A DNA stretch of 64,000 bases from an uncultured virus (IMG/VR IMGVR_UViG_3300028392_001454) (lineage: Duplodnaviria > Heunggongvirae > Uroviricota > Caudoviricetes > Crassvirales). A program made the translations under genes and the position numbers. The stretch is from IMG/VR virus record IMGVR_UViG_3300028392_001454. One strand, 5' to 3'. Positions 1-9,578 of this stretch are shown one piece after another (position 1 is the first letter of the stretch; each line of letters opens with the position of its first letter). The notes beneath the pieces were generated by a model. That model was given only the letters and a program-made list of their open reading frames with translations, ran no database searches and had not been told where the DNA came from.

Positions 1-175
1 CTTTAGGAGTTATACCTTCCTTATGTATTGGTGTTTCTGGATGAAGTGTTTTCTCTAAATTATTAATAAGCTCTTTACCGATAGGTCCAATACCTTTTAT
101 TTCGTTTCCAGTTGCTGAGTTAACCCACGTCCCTTTCTCGTTTTTAAAGTAGGTCTTGCCTTTGTAGTCTATCTC
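1..175. repeat. 175-nt direct repeat, copy 1 (copy 2 at 62742..62916)
   Basis: Identical for 127 nt, one synonymous mismatch (128 c vs 62869 t), then identical to 175. Confidence 0.97.
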
Positions 176-3148
176 AGATGTTTTCTTTGATTCTTTACCA
201 GCAAATATATCTGCTGCTACTTTTTTACCAAACTCATCAATAGTTAATTTAGAAACTTGTTCAGCAGACATATCTCTTATACCAAACTCTTTTACTACAG
301 CTCTCCACATAGAAGAAATCCATTCCTTAAACGAACTCTTTTGTGTTTCTGTAGCAAACTTCTCTCCATTATCGCCAATAGCTTTAGCTAAAGCTTCTTT
401 TTTGTAGTACAGTTCTTTTTCAGTATCGCTTAATTTACTTGCTTGTTCTTTATAGAATTTATTATTTTTAACATCTTTTAAATAAGTACTATTTTCTACT
501 TTAGCCAAACCAGCTTCATGTAGATCTGGTCTATTTTGTTCAGCCCAACTAGTCCATATATGACCAGCTTCGTGTATTGGAGAGTTTGGATTAATTTTTT
601 CTCCATTTAAAAATATCTTACCATTTTGTTCAAAACCATAAACATCACCTTTAGAGTCAGTCATAAACTGGGTTTCTGTTTTAGGCAATTCTATCTCTGG
701 TTTAACAATACCTTTTGCCCATCCAACGACATTAGATCCTAATTTAGTTTTAGTTGCAGTTTTATTATCCGAATCATTTAACACATCATGAACTTGATAT
801 TTGTTTTCAAGAAGATGTAGTGTAGGTTTAATTATATTTCCATCTTTGTCTATAGATCTAATATGGCTTCCATAGCTTTCATGCTCTCCTTTAACTATCT
901 CAACTGGATGTTTTACTTCTATAACTCCGTAAACGTCACTATTCTTAGCTCCAACAGTAGCTTCATCAGAAAACAATAACCCAATAGCATCTGCAATACC
1001 TTCTTTAGCAAAGCTAATTTTACCGCTTTTTCTATCTGAAGATTTTGGTAATTCTTTTGTATTTAAAATATTTCTTATTTCTTCAATATTATCTTTTGCA
1101 GATTTTGAATTTTCAGATAAATGATTTATAATATCTTCAACAAAAGTACCTCTATTTTTAAATGTATTGTCTGATTTTTCAACAAAATTCTTAACAAGGA
1201 AATCATGTATAGATTTCATATCTGACTTTCCATTATATTCCATTCCGTATTTTTTACCTACAGAATTCAATGAATTTCTAAAATCAGATACACTTATAAG
1301 TCCTTTGTCAACTAAATGTTCTAAAACATTCATAGCTCCTCTAGCTCCAGCATGAGAAGATAATAATTTACCTAAAGTACCTTTTGACAACACTATATAT
1401 GCAACGCCTGATTCTTTTATTTGTTCATTAATAAAATCTCTCATTACTTTTGCTGCACTTGCTTTTTCAGAAAAAGCCCATACATCTCCAGTGTTAGATA
1501 CAAAATGAATTCCACCTTGACCAGTACCAATAACTTTATCACCAGCCATCACTGTACCTACCATCATATTATCTGGATTGATAACAAATACTGGTTTTCC
1601 AGCAAACTGATTAATGTTTTGGTTTTCTTTTATATTACCACTTTTTACTAAATCTTTATACTGAGCACTTTCTTCAAATCCTTTCTTCTCAAATCCTCCA
1701 AAAGCCTGAAAGTTTACATTTTCACCTTTCTTAGCTTCCTCTACAGCTTTATTCCATTCATCACCAGATAATGTAATTACATCGCTGTCAGATTTGCCAA
1801 AAACTTTTTGTATAGTTTTTTTAATTCTATTTACTATAGATTTGTTCACTCCTATTTTAGATGTAACATCAGAAAGCCTTTCTCCATTTGGTAAATCAAA
1901 ATATTCAGGATTAAAATCACCCCATTCTTTTGTTCCATGCATAGCTCCTTCTCCATCAACCATTTGAGGAATAGCTTTTTGTTGTGTATCACTCAATAAC
2001 TTAGACATCTCTAAATCAGTCAAAGATCTAGATAGTTTAACGGCTAATGTAGATTCTATATTTTCTTTTCCATCTATAATGCTTTTAACATCTTTAACTC
2101 CATCTTCTAATACTTTTACGTCTTTAGGCAACATAGATATTACATTGTCTTTATTTAAAAGCTGTTCAGTAGTACCTATATTTAATCCTATATTTAAGAA
2201 ATTACCTTTAGGAGCATTATCTATTTTTACATTATCAGTTCTTTCATGTGTTTTCTCACTTCTTCTCTTCTCTTCTTTAAATTCAACAGCTTCCTTATAC
2301 TTGTCCTTAAGTTCTTGAGATACATCAGACTCATCAATCATCTTAGTGATTTCTGCTTGATCCATCTTCTCGTTATCCTCTTTTAAATGGTATAACTTAT
2401 CATATCTATTTTGAGAGTTTCTTTCATCGTTTATAGCGTTATATACCTCCTTTAATTTCTGATCCCTTGTCTCTGGTATAACAGACTTATATCCTTTCTT
2501 TTCATTACTAACATATTCCTCTTTGAATGGTTTCTTAATAACGTCTCCTTCTTTAACCTCCACATCATGAGGCTTAAACTCTTTAGTTGTCTGAGCTCTT
2601 GTCTTACCATCCCACTCAGCAACCACCATATCATACCCTCTCTCTCCAGCAACCTTTGTCATATATGCCAACTGATCGTTTGGTGAGAATCCAATATTTG
2701 GATGGTCCTCTTCAAATCTTTTTCTAGCCTCCTTTATAAGATTCTCTGAGTCTGTGTTGAAGTCGTACACCTTGTCCTTAGGAACCTTAACTGCATACTT
2801 ACTACTACCCTTAACCATGGACTCGCCTCCCTCAGGACCAGTATAGTACATCGCTGCACCACCAGCTCTTCCTAAAGCGGCAGCCTCTTCCTTACTGGTA
2901 GCAAGTGTCTTACCAGTACTTTTCTTTATAGTATCGTAGTCGTTTCCACCCTTATGAAAGAATACAAAGTTACCATCCTTATCTTCTGTAAGGTTAGCAA
3001 AGTTTGATGATTCTTCTGCAGTTATTGGTTTTCTAGGTTTAAGTCTAGCTATAATATCAGTAAGTCCGCCCTCATCTCTAAGATGCTTGGCGAACTCGCT
3101 TCTATCGTACCACTTATCTTTGTATTTAATTAAGCAAGGTCCTGCCAT
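1..3148 (-). CDS. Giant polyvalent (virion-injected) protein, N-terminal part, open at left edge: ART-like domain, SAM-lyase-like domain, zincin metallopeptidase (HEAGH) with an inserted domain
   Basis: Not in the ORF track because it has no stop. Manual translation from ATG 3148 (MAGPCLIKYK...) is open to base 1. Motifs FVFFH..MYYT..VYDF..GYDMVV; FLNIGLN..ESTLAV..TQQKAI..WGDFNPEYF; YGF..GKIFLN..SPIHEAGHIW..EALAKAIGD. Joins in frame to 62741..59287 through the repeat, about 2200 aa in total. Confidence 0.85.
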   Translation of the reverse strand, partial: MAGPCLIKYKDKWYDRSEFAKHLRDEGGLTDIIARLKPRKPITAEESSNFANLTEDKDGNFVFFHKGGNDYDTIKKSTGKTLATSKEEAAALGRAGGAAMYYTGPEGGESMVKGSSKYAVKVPKDKVYDFNTDSENLIKEARKRFEEDHPNIGFSPNDQLAYMTKVAGERGYDMVVAEWDGKTRAQTTKEFKPHDVEVKEGDVIKKPFKEEYVSNEKKGYKSVIPETRDQKLKEVYNAINDERNSQNRYDKLYHLKEDNEKMDQAEITKMIDESDVSQELKDKYKEAVEFKEEKRRSEKTHERTDNVKIDNAPKGNFLNIGLNIGTTEQLLNKDNVISMLPKDVKVLEDGVKDVKSIIDGKENIESTLAVKLSRSLTDLEMSKLLSDTQQKAIPQMVDGEGAMHGTKEWGDFNPEYFDLPNGERLSDVTSKIGVNKSIVNRIKKTIQKVFGKSDSDVITLSGDEWNKAVEEAKKGENVNFQAFGGFEKKGFEESAQYKDLVKSGNIKENQNINQFAGKPVFVINPDNMMVGTVMAGDKVIGTGQGGIHFVSNTGDVWAFSEKASAAKVMRDFINEQIKESGVAYIVLSKGTLGKLLSSHAGARGAMNVLEHLVDKGLISVSDFRNSLNSVGKKYGMEYNGKSDMKSIHDFLVKNFVEKSDNTFKNRGTFVEDIINHLSENSKSAKDNIEEIRNILNTKELPKSSDRKSGKISFAKEGIADAIGLLFSDEATVGAKNSDVYGVIEVKHPVEIVKGEHESYGSHIRSIDKDGNIIKPTLHLLENKYQVHDVLNDSDNKTATKTKLGSNVVGWAKGIVKPEIELPKTETQFMTDSKGDVYGFEQNGKIFLNGEKINPNSPIHEAGHIWTSWAEQNRPDLHEAGLAKVENSTYLKDVKNNKFYKEQASKLSDTEKELYYKKEALAKAIGDNGEKFATETQKSSFKEWISSMWRAVVKEFGIRDMSAEQVSKLTIDEFGKKVAADIFAGKESKKTSEIDYKGKTYFKNEKGTWVNSATGNEIKGIGPIGKELINNLEKTLHPETPIHKEGITPK

Positions 3149-3151
3149 GAT

Positions 3152-3667
3152 TTATCCTTTAAATAAAGTCTTTTCTAACATTAACATCTCGAACTTACTA
3201 TCTCTATTAGTACCCTCTACTACATTTAACTTATCGCTGTATTCAGCAACAGCTTCCTTCTGTGTAACTCTAAAGAACTGTAGGAAATCAAAAACACATA
3301 GATCTCCAGTCTTGAAGATCTTCATAGATGTATCCTCGTAACCTTCATATAAAGCAAACTCCATATTATATGCTTTCTCTATAACATCAATTAGGTCTTT
3401 AAACTCTAGTACTGGCTTTAAAATATTAGACAAGTCTGGAGTAACATTCCAATAAACTAGGTAGTCCTCAATCTTTTTAGCATGAGTTAATTCATCATCG
3501 CTCTCTGCCTTAAAGAACGCAGCAGCTTTAAAGAATCCTTTGTTTTGACACCAGTTAGTAGCACTTCTATAGAAGTAGAACGCTTTAAATTCATCTGGCA
3601 ACCTCTCAAGTAATAACTTTACTACTTCTTTACTTAATACTTCTGGTTTTTCTATTTTACTACTCAT
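3152..3667 (-). CDS. ftn: Ferritin-like protein
   Basis: Four-helix ferritin pattern: DEFKAFYFY, W-C..G, ESDDELTHA, MEFALY, FLQFF..TQ.EAV.E. Start taken at MSSKIEK (ATG 3667). Confidence 0.85.
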   Translation of the reverse strand: MSSKIEKPEVLSKEVVKLLLERLPDEFKAFYFYRSATNWCQNKGFFKAAAFFKAESDDELTHAKKIEDYLVYWNVTPDLSNILKPVLEFKDLIDVIEKAYNMEFALYEGYEDTSMKIFKTGDLCVFDFLQFFRVTQKEAVAEYSDKLNVVEGTNRDSKFEMLMLEKTLFKG

Positions 3668-3669
3668 GT

Positions 3670-6111
3670 TTAATCGCAATTTTTAGTTTCTAGTCCTAAC
3701 TCTTTTATTATACTGTCTAAATTATTATTAATTTGCTTTAGTTTATCTCTCTTGCCAAGATCCTTTAAAGCCTCTAAAGTTTCATGCAAAGGTACGACTT
3801 TTTCTCCAGATGGTTTTTCTTCAACAACAGCAGGAGCTTCGTATTCTTTCTTTAATGCTTCTTGCTGTTTATCATATTCAGCATCTATATCTTTAGTACT
3901 TCTTAATTCATTATTTTTATTAACACCGTCTACTATAAGATCTATTTGTTCTGGAAGACTATAGTTTCCATTAACACCAAAAGATTGAGGATTTTCTTCT
4001 AAATCTTTATGTGCTTTCTCTCTATTTTTTTCAATCTCTAATTTCTTAGACTCAAATTCTTCATTAACAGCAGGAGCTTCTTTAGTAGGTTTGTTTTTTA
4101 CTAAATCAACTAACTGTCCGTTTAAATCTTCTAGTTCTTTTCTTTTGTTATCTACTTCTGCTTGAGCAACAGCTCTATCAGATGGTTTTGTTACATTAGA
4201 AAATTTAGTAGCTGCATCATCTAGTTGTTTTTGAGCCTCATCTACTTTAGCACTTAATTCCTTTTTCTTTAAACCATACTCAGAATTATCATAAGTATCT
4301 GCAATAGCCTCTACTTTTTTAGTATAGAAACTTTTTTGTTCTTCGTTTAAATCTTCATTACTATTTATATGGTCAATAACAGCATCTTTATTTTCAACAA
4401 TTCCATTAATAGCAGAATGAGCATCTAATTGATTTTGTATTTTTAATGCTTCATTTCCTAATATTTTTTTCTTTTCTAAATCTGGTTCTTTTAAAATGAC
4501 TTTTTTTATTTCATCTCTTGCAGATTCTAATTCTTTTACTCCTTCTGGTGTTAAGTTTGGATTGTGAACTATATCTAAATTTTCTTTTGTTTCATTTAAA
4601 ACTCTTCCAAGAGAACTAGCTGGATCATTTTTTAATACATTATTATAATAGTAATTTAATTCATCATGATTTTTTTTAATACTTCCAAGATGAAGAAGGC
4701 TAAATCCAATACCAGTCCCAGCTTCTATAGCTGCTTCTTCTGGAGTTAATAATTTTCCTTCTGAAATGCCAGTTCTTAATGCTCTTGCGGTAGTAAACAC
4801 ACCAGCATTAGCTAATGGAGTTGCTATAATTGTTGATATAGCACTGTTTATACCTGTCCTAGATAATCCTTTTGCTAAAGGAGTAGTTACTTTACCAGCA
4901 ACTTGCCCTAAACCATGCATATACATTCCTTCAAGACCTCCTTTTACACCTCCCTCTATAGCTTTTAAATAAGCGTTTTCATTTTCTTTTGCTGTAGCCA
5001 TTCCTTCTACAGCTCCTTTAGCTGCTAAAACTTTAGTAAAAGCTCCTGTAGATCCTTCTGCTGCAAATTTTGATACTTTTGGAATATATTTTTCAGCTAC
5101 ACCCATAGCTTTAGGTGCGTATTTCTCTATTAATGGTAATGCTTTTTTACTTGCTTTAGCACTCCAAGAAGCAACTCTACCTTCCATTGCTGATGGATTT
5201 TCAAGAGCTGCTGCAACTAATAAATCAGGAGCCATACCAGAAATACCTTTTAATACTTCAGTAGGTACATTATTTTTAGGAAGTGTTTTTTCTTGATATG
5301 TATCAATTCTATTAATATCTTTTTTTAAGTGATTTGATACTTGATTCAAACCAAAAACAGCAATTTGTTTTACATTATCAGGAAGTACAGAATTTATTAT
5401 TTCAGATATTAATCCTTGTTGTGTTTCAGGATGTAGTACTTCTGGACTTATTTTATAAATTAATTTACCATCTTTATCGTATTCTGGAGCTTGTTGTGGT
5501 GCTTCTTCAAAAAGACTTCTTCCTTTTAAAGCTTTTGAAGCAGATTCAGCAGAGTTTTTTACAAAATTCATTACTGATTTAGCGGCTTCAGATTGAATAC
5601 CACTAAGATAATTTACGGTTTTATGTACACCTCCTTTATCAAAGTTAGGATCTTCCCAGTATTTAACTTCATCGGAAGTAGGTAATTTTTGTGCAGACTT
5701 AACAGCAGTACCTTGTACTGGTTGTTGATTAACAGCAAATCCTCCTAACTCTACAGGCTTCTGTTCTTGTCCGAATGGATTTTTAGCTGGTCCACCTAAA
5801 CCATCCGAAGCCTGTACTTGTTCTGGTTCTTCTGTAGCCAATGAAGTAGCTGGCTCTTGAGTTGGTGTACTGGAAGCCAAAGGTTTTGGAGCTGCAATAG
5901 GTTCTGAAACTTCTTTTTTTTTTACTCCTAAGTTAGTCTTCCACTGTGAAAGATCAGACTTTGTTAGGTTTTTTTCAGATAAATATTGATGTACATTCTT
6001 TTGAATTTCTCCAGATCTACTGAAGTTTTGTTTCCAAGTACTGTAATCAGATTTAGTAAGTTTATTACTAACTAAATTGTTATATATATTTTGTAATGCC
6101 TCTTCATTCAT
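3670..6111 (-). CDS. Putative internal virion (ejection) protein, 813 aa
   Basis: Lies after the tail genes; Ala/Gly-rich amphipathic centre, coiled-coil C-terminus, N-terminal tandem motif LTKSD.S.WK.N. Confidence 0.6.
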   Translation of the reverse strand: MNEEALQNIYNNLVSNKLTKSDYSTWKQNFSRSGEIQKNVHQYLSEKNLTKSDLSQWKTNLGVKKKEVSEPIAAPKPLASSTPTQEPATSLATEEPEQVQASDGLGGPAKNPFGQEQKPVELGGFAVNQQPVQGTAVKSAQKLPTSDEVKYWEDPNFDKGGVHKTVNYLSGIQSEAAKSVMNFVKNSAESASKALKGRSLFEEAPQQAPEYDKDGKLIYKISPEVLHPETQQGLISEIINSVLPDNVKQIAVFGLNQVSNHLKKDINRIDTYQEKTLPKNNVPTEVLKGISGMAPDLLVAAALENPSAMEGRVASWSAKASKKALPLIEKYAPKAMGVAEKYIPKVSKFAAEGSTGAFTKVLAAKGAVEGMATAKENENAYLKAIEGGVKGGLEGMYMHGLGQVAGKVTTPLAKGLSRTGINSAISTIIATPLANAGVFTTARALRTGISEGKLLTPEEAAIEAGTGIGFSLLHLGSIKKNHDELNYYYNNVLKNDPASSLGRVLNETKENLDIVHNPNLTPEGVKELESARDEIKKVILKEPDLEKKKILGNEALKIQNQLDAHSAINGIVENKDAVIDHINSNEDLNEEQKSFYTKKVEAIADTYDNSEYGLKKKELSAKVDEAQKQLDDAATKFSNVTKPSDRAVAQAEVDNKRKELEDLNGQLVDLVKNKPTKEAPAVNEEFESKKLEIEKNREKAHKDLEENPQSFGVNGNYSLPEQIDLIVDGVNKNNELRSTKDIDAEYDKQQEALKKEYEAPAVVEEKPSGEKVVPLHETLEALKDLGKRDKLKQINNNLDSIIKELGLETKNCD

Positions 6112-6113
6112 AA

Positions 6114-7568
6114 TTATCCCATGTATTTACTGTTACCGCCCTTAAGCATATTCATGTATTCTTTTGCTTCATCAGAAGAATGGAAATTTTCCCCAGTATA
6201 TGGATTAGGAATTAATCTAATCTTAGCCTCTATTTCACTATTATTTTTATCGTCATATATTTCCTTAGGAGTTTTTACAACATTAGTCTCTGAGTATCCT
6301 GTGCTTCCTAATTTCTCTTTACCAGAATATTCCATGTATTTAATAAAAAACTTACCATTTTTTATACCAAAACCATTAATAACTTCATCTACACCAGGAG
6401 CCTTATTTAACTTAACATTACTAACTCCTACAGCATATCCAACATTCTTTCTTTTACCATAAGGTTTTTTAGTAACACTATTTATAGGTGTTTCATTTAT
6501 ATAAGATAGTTTTTCTGCTATATAAGGTTCCTTTTGCTTGTCAACCTTAGGTCCTTTTTCCCCTTTAGGAGCTTTCACTATTTGTGGTCTCTCTGGTTGG
6601 TACTGTTGTTTTTCTTCGTATGTAATCTGAGAGTCTAAGACTCCTTTTATATGTTCTGAAGCTGCTTTCTTTTGAGCATCGGTAATCTGAGGAGTCATAA
6701 CTCCATTAACCATTTTCATGTACACAGCGTTAGGATCAGCCTTAGCTTGTTCTTCAGTCCAGGCTGTTTTATAACCCATACCATCTACAAGCACAGACGC
6801 TGTTTTAATTGGTGTAGCTGTTATAGTATTCGCAGCACCATCAACAAATTCTTGGTATTTAGTATGATTTCTAGGATCGTTAGTAAACTCTCCTAATGTT
6901 CTTGATCCTGTTCTTTTAATGTAATCGGCTATAGTTTTAGCTACTGGTGCCGTTTCTTTAGATACGTCTACCTTGTCAACCTTTGTATTAGCAGGATTTA
7001 ATAATGAACTAATACTTGTAGGAGGAATGCTTTTATTTACACTTCCGTCATCATTATTATGATACATATACATCTGACCATCTGAGTTAGGCATTATTCT
7101 AACATTTTGAAACTGCTCTAATCCAGCGTCTAGCTTTGCTTTTTCTATTTCTATTAAAGAATTAACACCTTCGTTACTTCTTTTCTGAAGTTCATCAGCT
7201 CTTTGATTCCAAGTCTCACCAACTTTTTTTAAGTATCCAAAAGAGTCTTGAGAGTTCTTAAGCAGTAACTGAAACTGTCTAGGATCTGCCAATCCCTTCT
7301 TAACTTGATCGTACTGATTCTTTAATAAAGTAGTATAAGCATCTGATCCACTTGTAATTACAGAGTTAACATTGGCATTATTTCCAACAGTATAGTTCTG
7401 TAAATCCTTTAATGCAGTGGATGTGTTATCATCTATCTCTTTTCTCTTAGCTATACGAGCCTGTTCTTGAGTTGCAAGTTGTTCAGAGAATCCCTTAGTT
7501 AGTCCACCCCAATCAACGATGGGGTTGGCTGATACCTTACTCCAGTCTTGTCTTCCGTATTCTGACAT
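6114..7568 (-). CDS. Putative internal virion protein, 484 aa
   Basis: Long ORF in the ejectosome position of a podovirus gene order. Confidence 0.55.
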   Translation of the reverse strand: MSEYGRQDWSKVSANPIVDWGGLTKGFSEQLATQEQARIAKRKEIDDNTSTALKDLQNYTVGNNANVNSVITSGSDAYTTLLKNQYDQVKKGLADPRQFQLLLKNSQDSFGYLKKVGETWNQRADELQKRSNEGVNSLIEIEKAKLDAGLEQFQNVRIMPNSDGQMYMYHNNDDGSVNKSIPPTSISSLLNPANTKVDKVDVSKETAPVAKTIADYIKRTGSRTLGEFTNDPRNHTKYQEFVDGAANTITATPIKTASVLVDGMGYKTAWTEEQAKADPNAVYMKMVNGVMTPQITDAQKKAASEHIKGVLDSQITYEEKQQYQPERPQIVKAPKGEKGPKVDKQKEPYIAEKLSYINETPINSVTKKPYGKRKNVGYAVGVSNVKLNKAPGVDEVINGFGIKNGKFFIKYMEYSGKEKLGSTGYSETNVVKTPKEIYDDKNNSEIEAKIRLIPNPYTGENFHSSDEAKEYMNMLKGGNSKYMG

Positions 7569-7571
7569 ATG

Positions 7572-8372
7572 TTATATAGGTCTTGAGTTAAATCCTACCA
7601 AACCTGGAAGGAAATTTTGATCAATATTAAATGCTGATGTTTGATAATTATTGTTGTTTCTATTATTTATAGAATCCATATTTTTAGATGTATATGGAGT
7701 TACATCTCCAGCAACTGTAATATTTGGTGTATTTTGTCTTTTATATAAAGCTTGCATCTGATCTAGTCCAGCACCTATTCTTAACCCTGCCTCAGCAGCA
7801 TTTGTTTGAGCAGCTACTCTAGCTTTCTCTGCTTGTTGTTTGGCTAGTCCAGCTCCTTGAGCTTCTTGAAGACCTATTCCAGCTAACTCATTTGCTGATT
7901 GTTTCTGTTCTTGAGCCTGAGCCATGTGTAGGTCATATAAATCCTTAGCCATCTTATCTCTCTGACCAAAATCAAAGTCTGTAGCCGCCTCGTTTGTTCT
8001 TCCAACAATTCCTTGTAAGTTTCTTACATCTCCTTCAGTTCCAGCTTGAAGTGCTTGCATCTGCTGTGCAGTACCTTCCCTCATAGCTGCCTGATAAGCC
8101 TCTGTAGGAGCAGATATATTTTGCATGAAGTTTGCTCCAGCTTGTCTTTTTGCTTCAGCTATAGCTCTATTTTGTTGTTCTTGATAGTTTCTTGCTGCTG
8201 AGGCTTGTTCTGAAGCTTGAAGTAAACTCATTCCTATACCTAAACCTGCCTCTGCTGCCATTCCCCAAGGTCCTGCTGCTGCACCTATACCTCCTGCTGG
8301 AGCTAGTGTGCTTGCACCTGGAGTGCCAGATGGTGTTGTAGCTGCTGTTGATACTGCTGCTGGTGTACTCAT
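7572..8372 (-). CDS. Putative small ejection protein (T7 gp14-like role)
   Basis: Gly/Ala hydrophobic N-terminus followed by Gln/Ala-rich helices; synteny. Confidence 0.6.
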   Translation of the reverse strand: MSTPAAVSTAATTPSGTPGASTLAPAGGIGAAAGPWGMAAEAGLGIGMSLLQASEQASAARNYQEQQNRAIAEAKRQAGANFMQNISAPTEAYQAAMREGTAQQMQALQAGTEGDVRNLQGIVGRTNEAATDFDFGQRDKMAKDLYDLHMAQAQEQKQSANELAGIGLQEAQGAGLAKQQAEKARVAAQTNAAEAGLRIGAGLDQMQALYKRQNTPNITVAGDVTPYTSKNMDSINNRNNNNYQTSAFNIDQNFLPGLVGFNSRPI

Positions 8373-8758
8373 ATTCTTTTCGTGTATTCGTTTCCAACGG
8401 AAACATTATAATTATTATCCTCGAATAGTCTCTTTAGTGATGGTATACTGCTAATAGTTAGTATAACATTATAACCATTATATTTCATGCAAACCTCTAT
8501 CTTATCTAACAGATAGTCAAGAGATCCATTTCTTTGTTCTTTAGTAGTGTTCTTGTTTCCAGTTATAAACCCTATCATGCACATGTCACTATCACCAACA
8601 GTAACAGGTACCGCATATAAATCCGTATCGTCATAACTCACAACAAATATTCTCTCTGGAAGTGAGCTATAGCCTACAGTTGGAAAATCCCAGTCAGACC
8701 ACCACCTTACAAGTGTGTCATAGAATGTCTTCTTATTTTCTAGTCTCCATCTTAGCAT
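8369..8758 (-). CDS. Putative GNAT-like / internal virion protein A-like
   Basis: About 129 aa from ATG 8758 (MLRWRL); WW..W.F, FITGN, L...F...GY-like pattern; sits between nozzle and ejection genes. Confidence 0.45.
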   Translation of the reverse strand: MLRWRLENKKTFYDTLVRWWSDWDFPTVGYSSLPERIFVVSYDDTDLYAVPVTVGDSDMCMIGFITGNKNTTKEQRNGSLDYLLDKIEVCMKYNGYNVILTISSIPSLKRLFEDNNYNVSVGNEYTKRI

Positions 8759-8762
8759 TGCA

Positions 8763-8770
8763 CAAAGATA
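8763..8770 (-). promoter_or_regulatory. Bacteroidota -7 promoter element TATCTTTG
   Basis: Matches TAnnTTTG, 4 nt upstream of ATG 8758. Confidence 0.65.
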
Positions 8771-8777
8771 GTAAAAA

Positions 8778-9578
8778 TTATGGATAACTTTTAAATAGAC
8801 TAGATCCAACCCCAAAAAGCTCTACCCTATCTTTATCTCCATTTGTTAGCTCAAAATTCATATAATAACCTCTAGCACCATAAGACTCAGCGGTAGCGTT
8901 CTTTAAGTAAAGTATGAAGTTACCATTAGATGGAACGCTTCCACCTGGAACCGTTGTGTCTACAGTCATTACGTTGTTAACTACATTGGTAATTCTACCT
9001 AGTTTGACTACAACTCCAGAGTTGTTCTTATATGCTATATCTCCAATACTTATAATAGATCCCAAATTAAATGTAAACGTAAGCGTTACAGCGGTTGGTA
9101 CCGTTGAGTTAACAGTTGTAACAGATCCAACCCCTTGGCATGATCTAAGTCTTATACTGTCATCACTTGCGTATCTTCTGATAAAACCAAAGTATAGGTT
9201 CTCCTTATTTTGAAAGAAAGAGCTATTTATAAATCCAGTAGCTGTATCGGTAGTAACTGTTAAATCCCATGGGTGGTCTGTCTCCATATAGAACGTCTTA
9301 AAGTTCTTAATGGTAAAAGGCTCAACATTAAACACACTCTTTACTCTTGAAGGAGTAAATGCGTTTGGTGAATTATTTGGAGGTAGTACGTTGTCTACTT
9401 GATTCCACCAGTGCTGATAGAACGTGTTTCTCTGTGTGTTCTCGTTGTGTTTGTATAGGTTGCCTCCCTTAAACGAATATAGGTGCGAGTTCATACCTAT
9501 CATCATGTCTGGATAATAGGAATAGAACGATGTCCATCCCTGGACAAACTTGCTATGTGATAGTGTGTAGTTACTCAT
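8778..9578 (-). CDS. Tail protein resembling the C-terminal part of nozzle/stabilisation proteins
   Basis: TLS.S..GWTSFYSYYP..M.G.N..YSFKGG.LYKH and G.RGYYM...L.N..ELF motifs. Confidence 0.6.
   Translation of the reverse strand: MSNYTLSHSKFVQGWTSFYSYYPDMMIGMNSHLYSFKGGNLYKHNENTQRNTFYQHWWNQVDNVLPPNNSPNAFTPSRVKSVFNVEPFTIKNFKTFYMETDHPWDLTVTTDTATGFINSSFFQNKENLYFGFIRRYASDDSIRLRSCQGVGSVTTVNSTVPTAVTLTFTFNLGSIISIGDIAYKNNSGVVVKLGRITNVVNNVMTVDTTVPGGSVPSNGNFILYLKNATAESYGARGYYMNFELTNGDKDRVELFGVGSSLFKSYP

Noticed and set aside
1..175. Diversity-generating retroelement TR/VR pair
   Set aside because: Only one synonymous mismatch, both copies are coding in frame, and no reverse transcriptase is seen.
1..175. 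Physical direct terminal repeat of the virion DNA
   Set aside because: It lies in the middle of a gene and the 127-nt exact match fits an assembly junction better.
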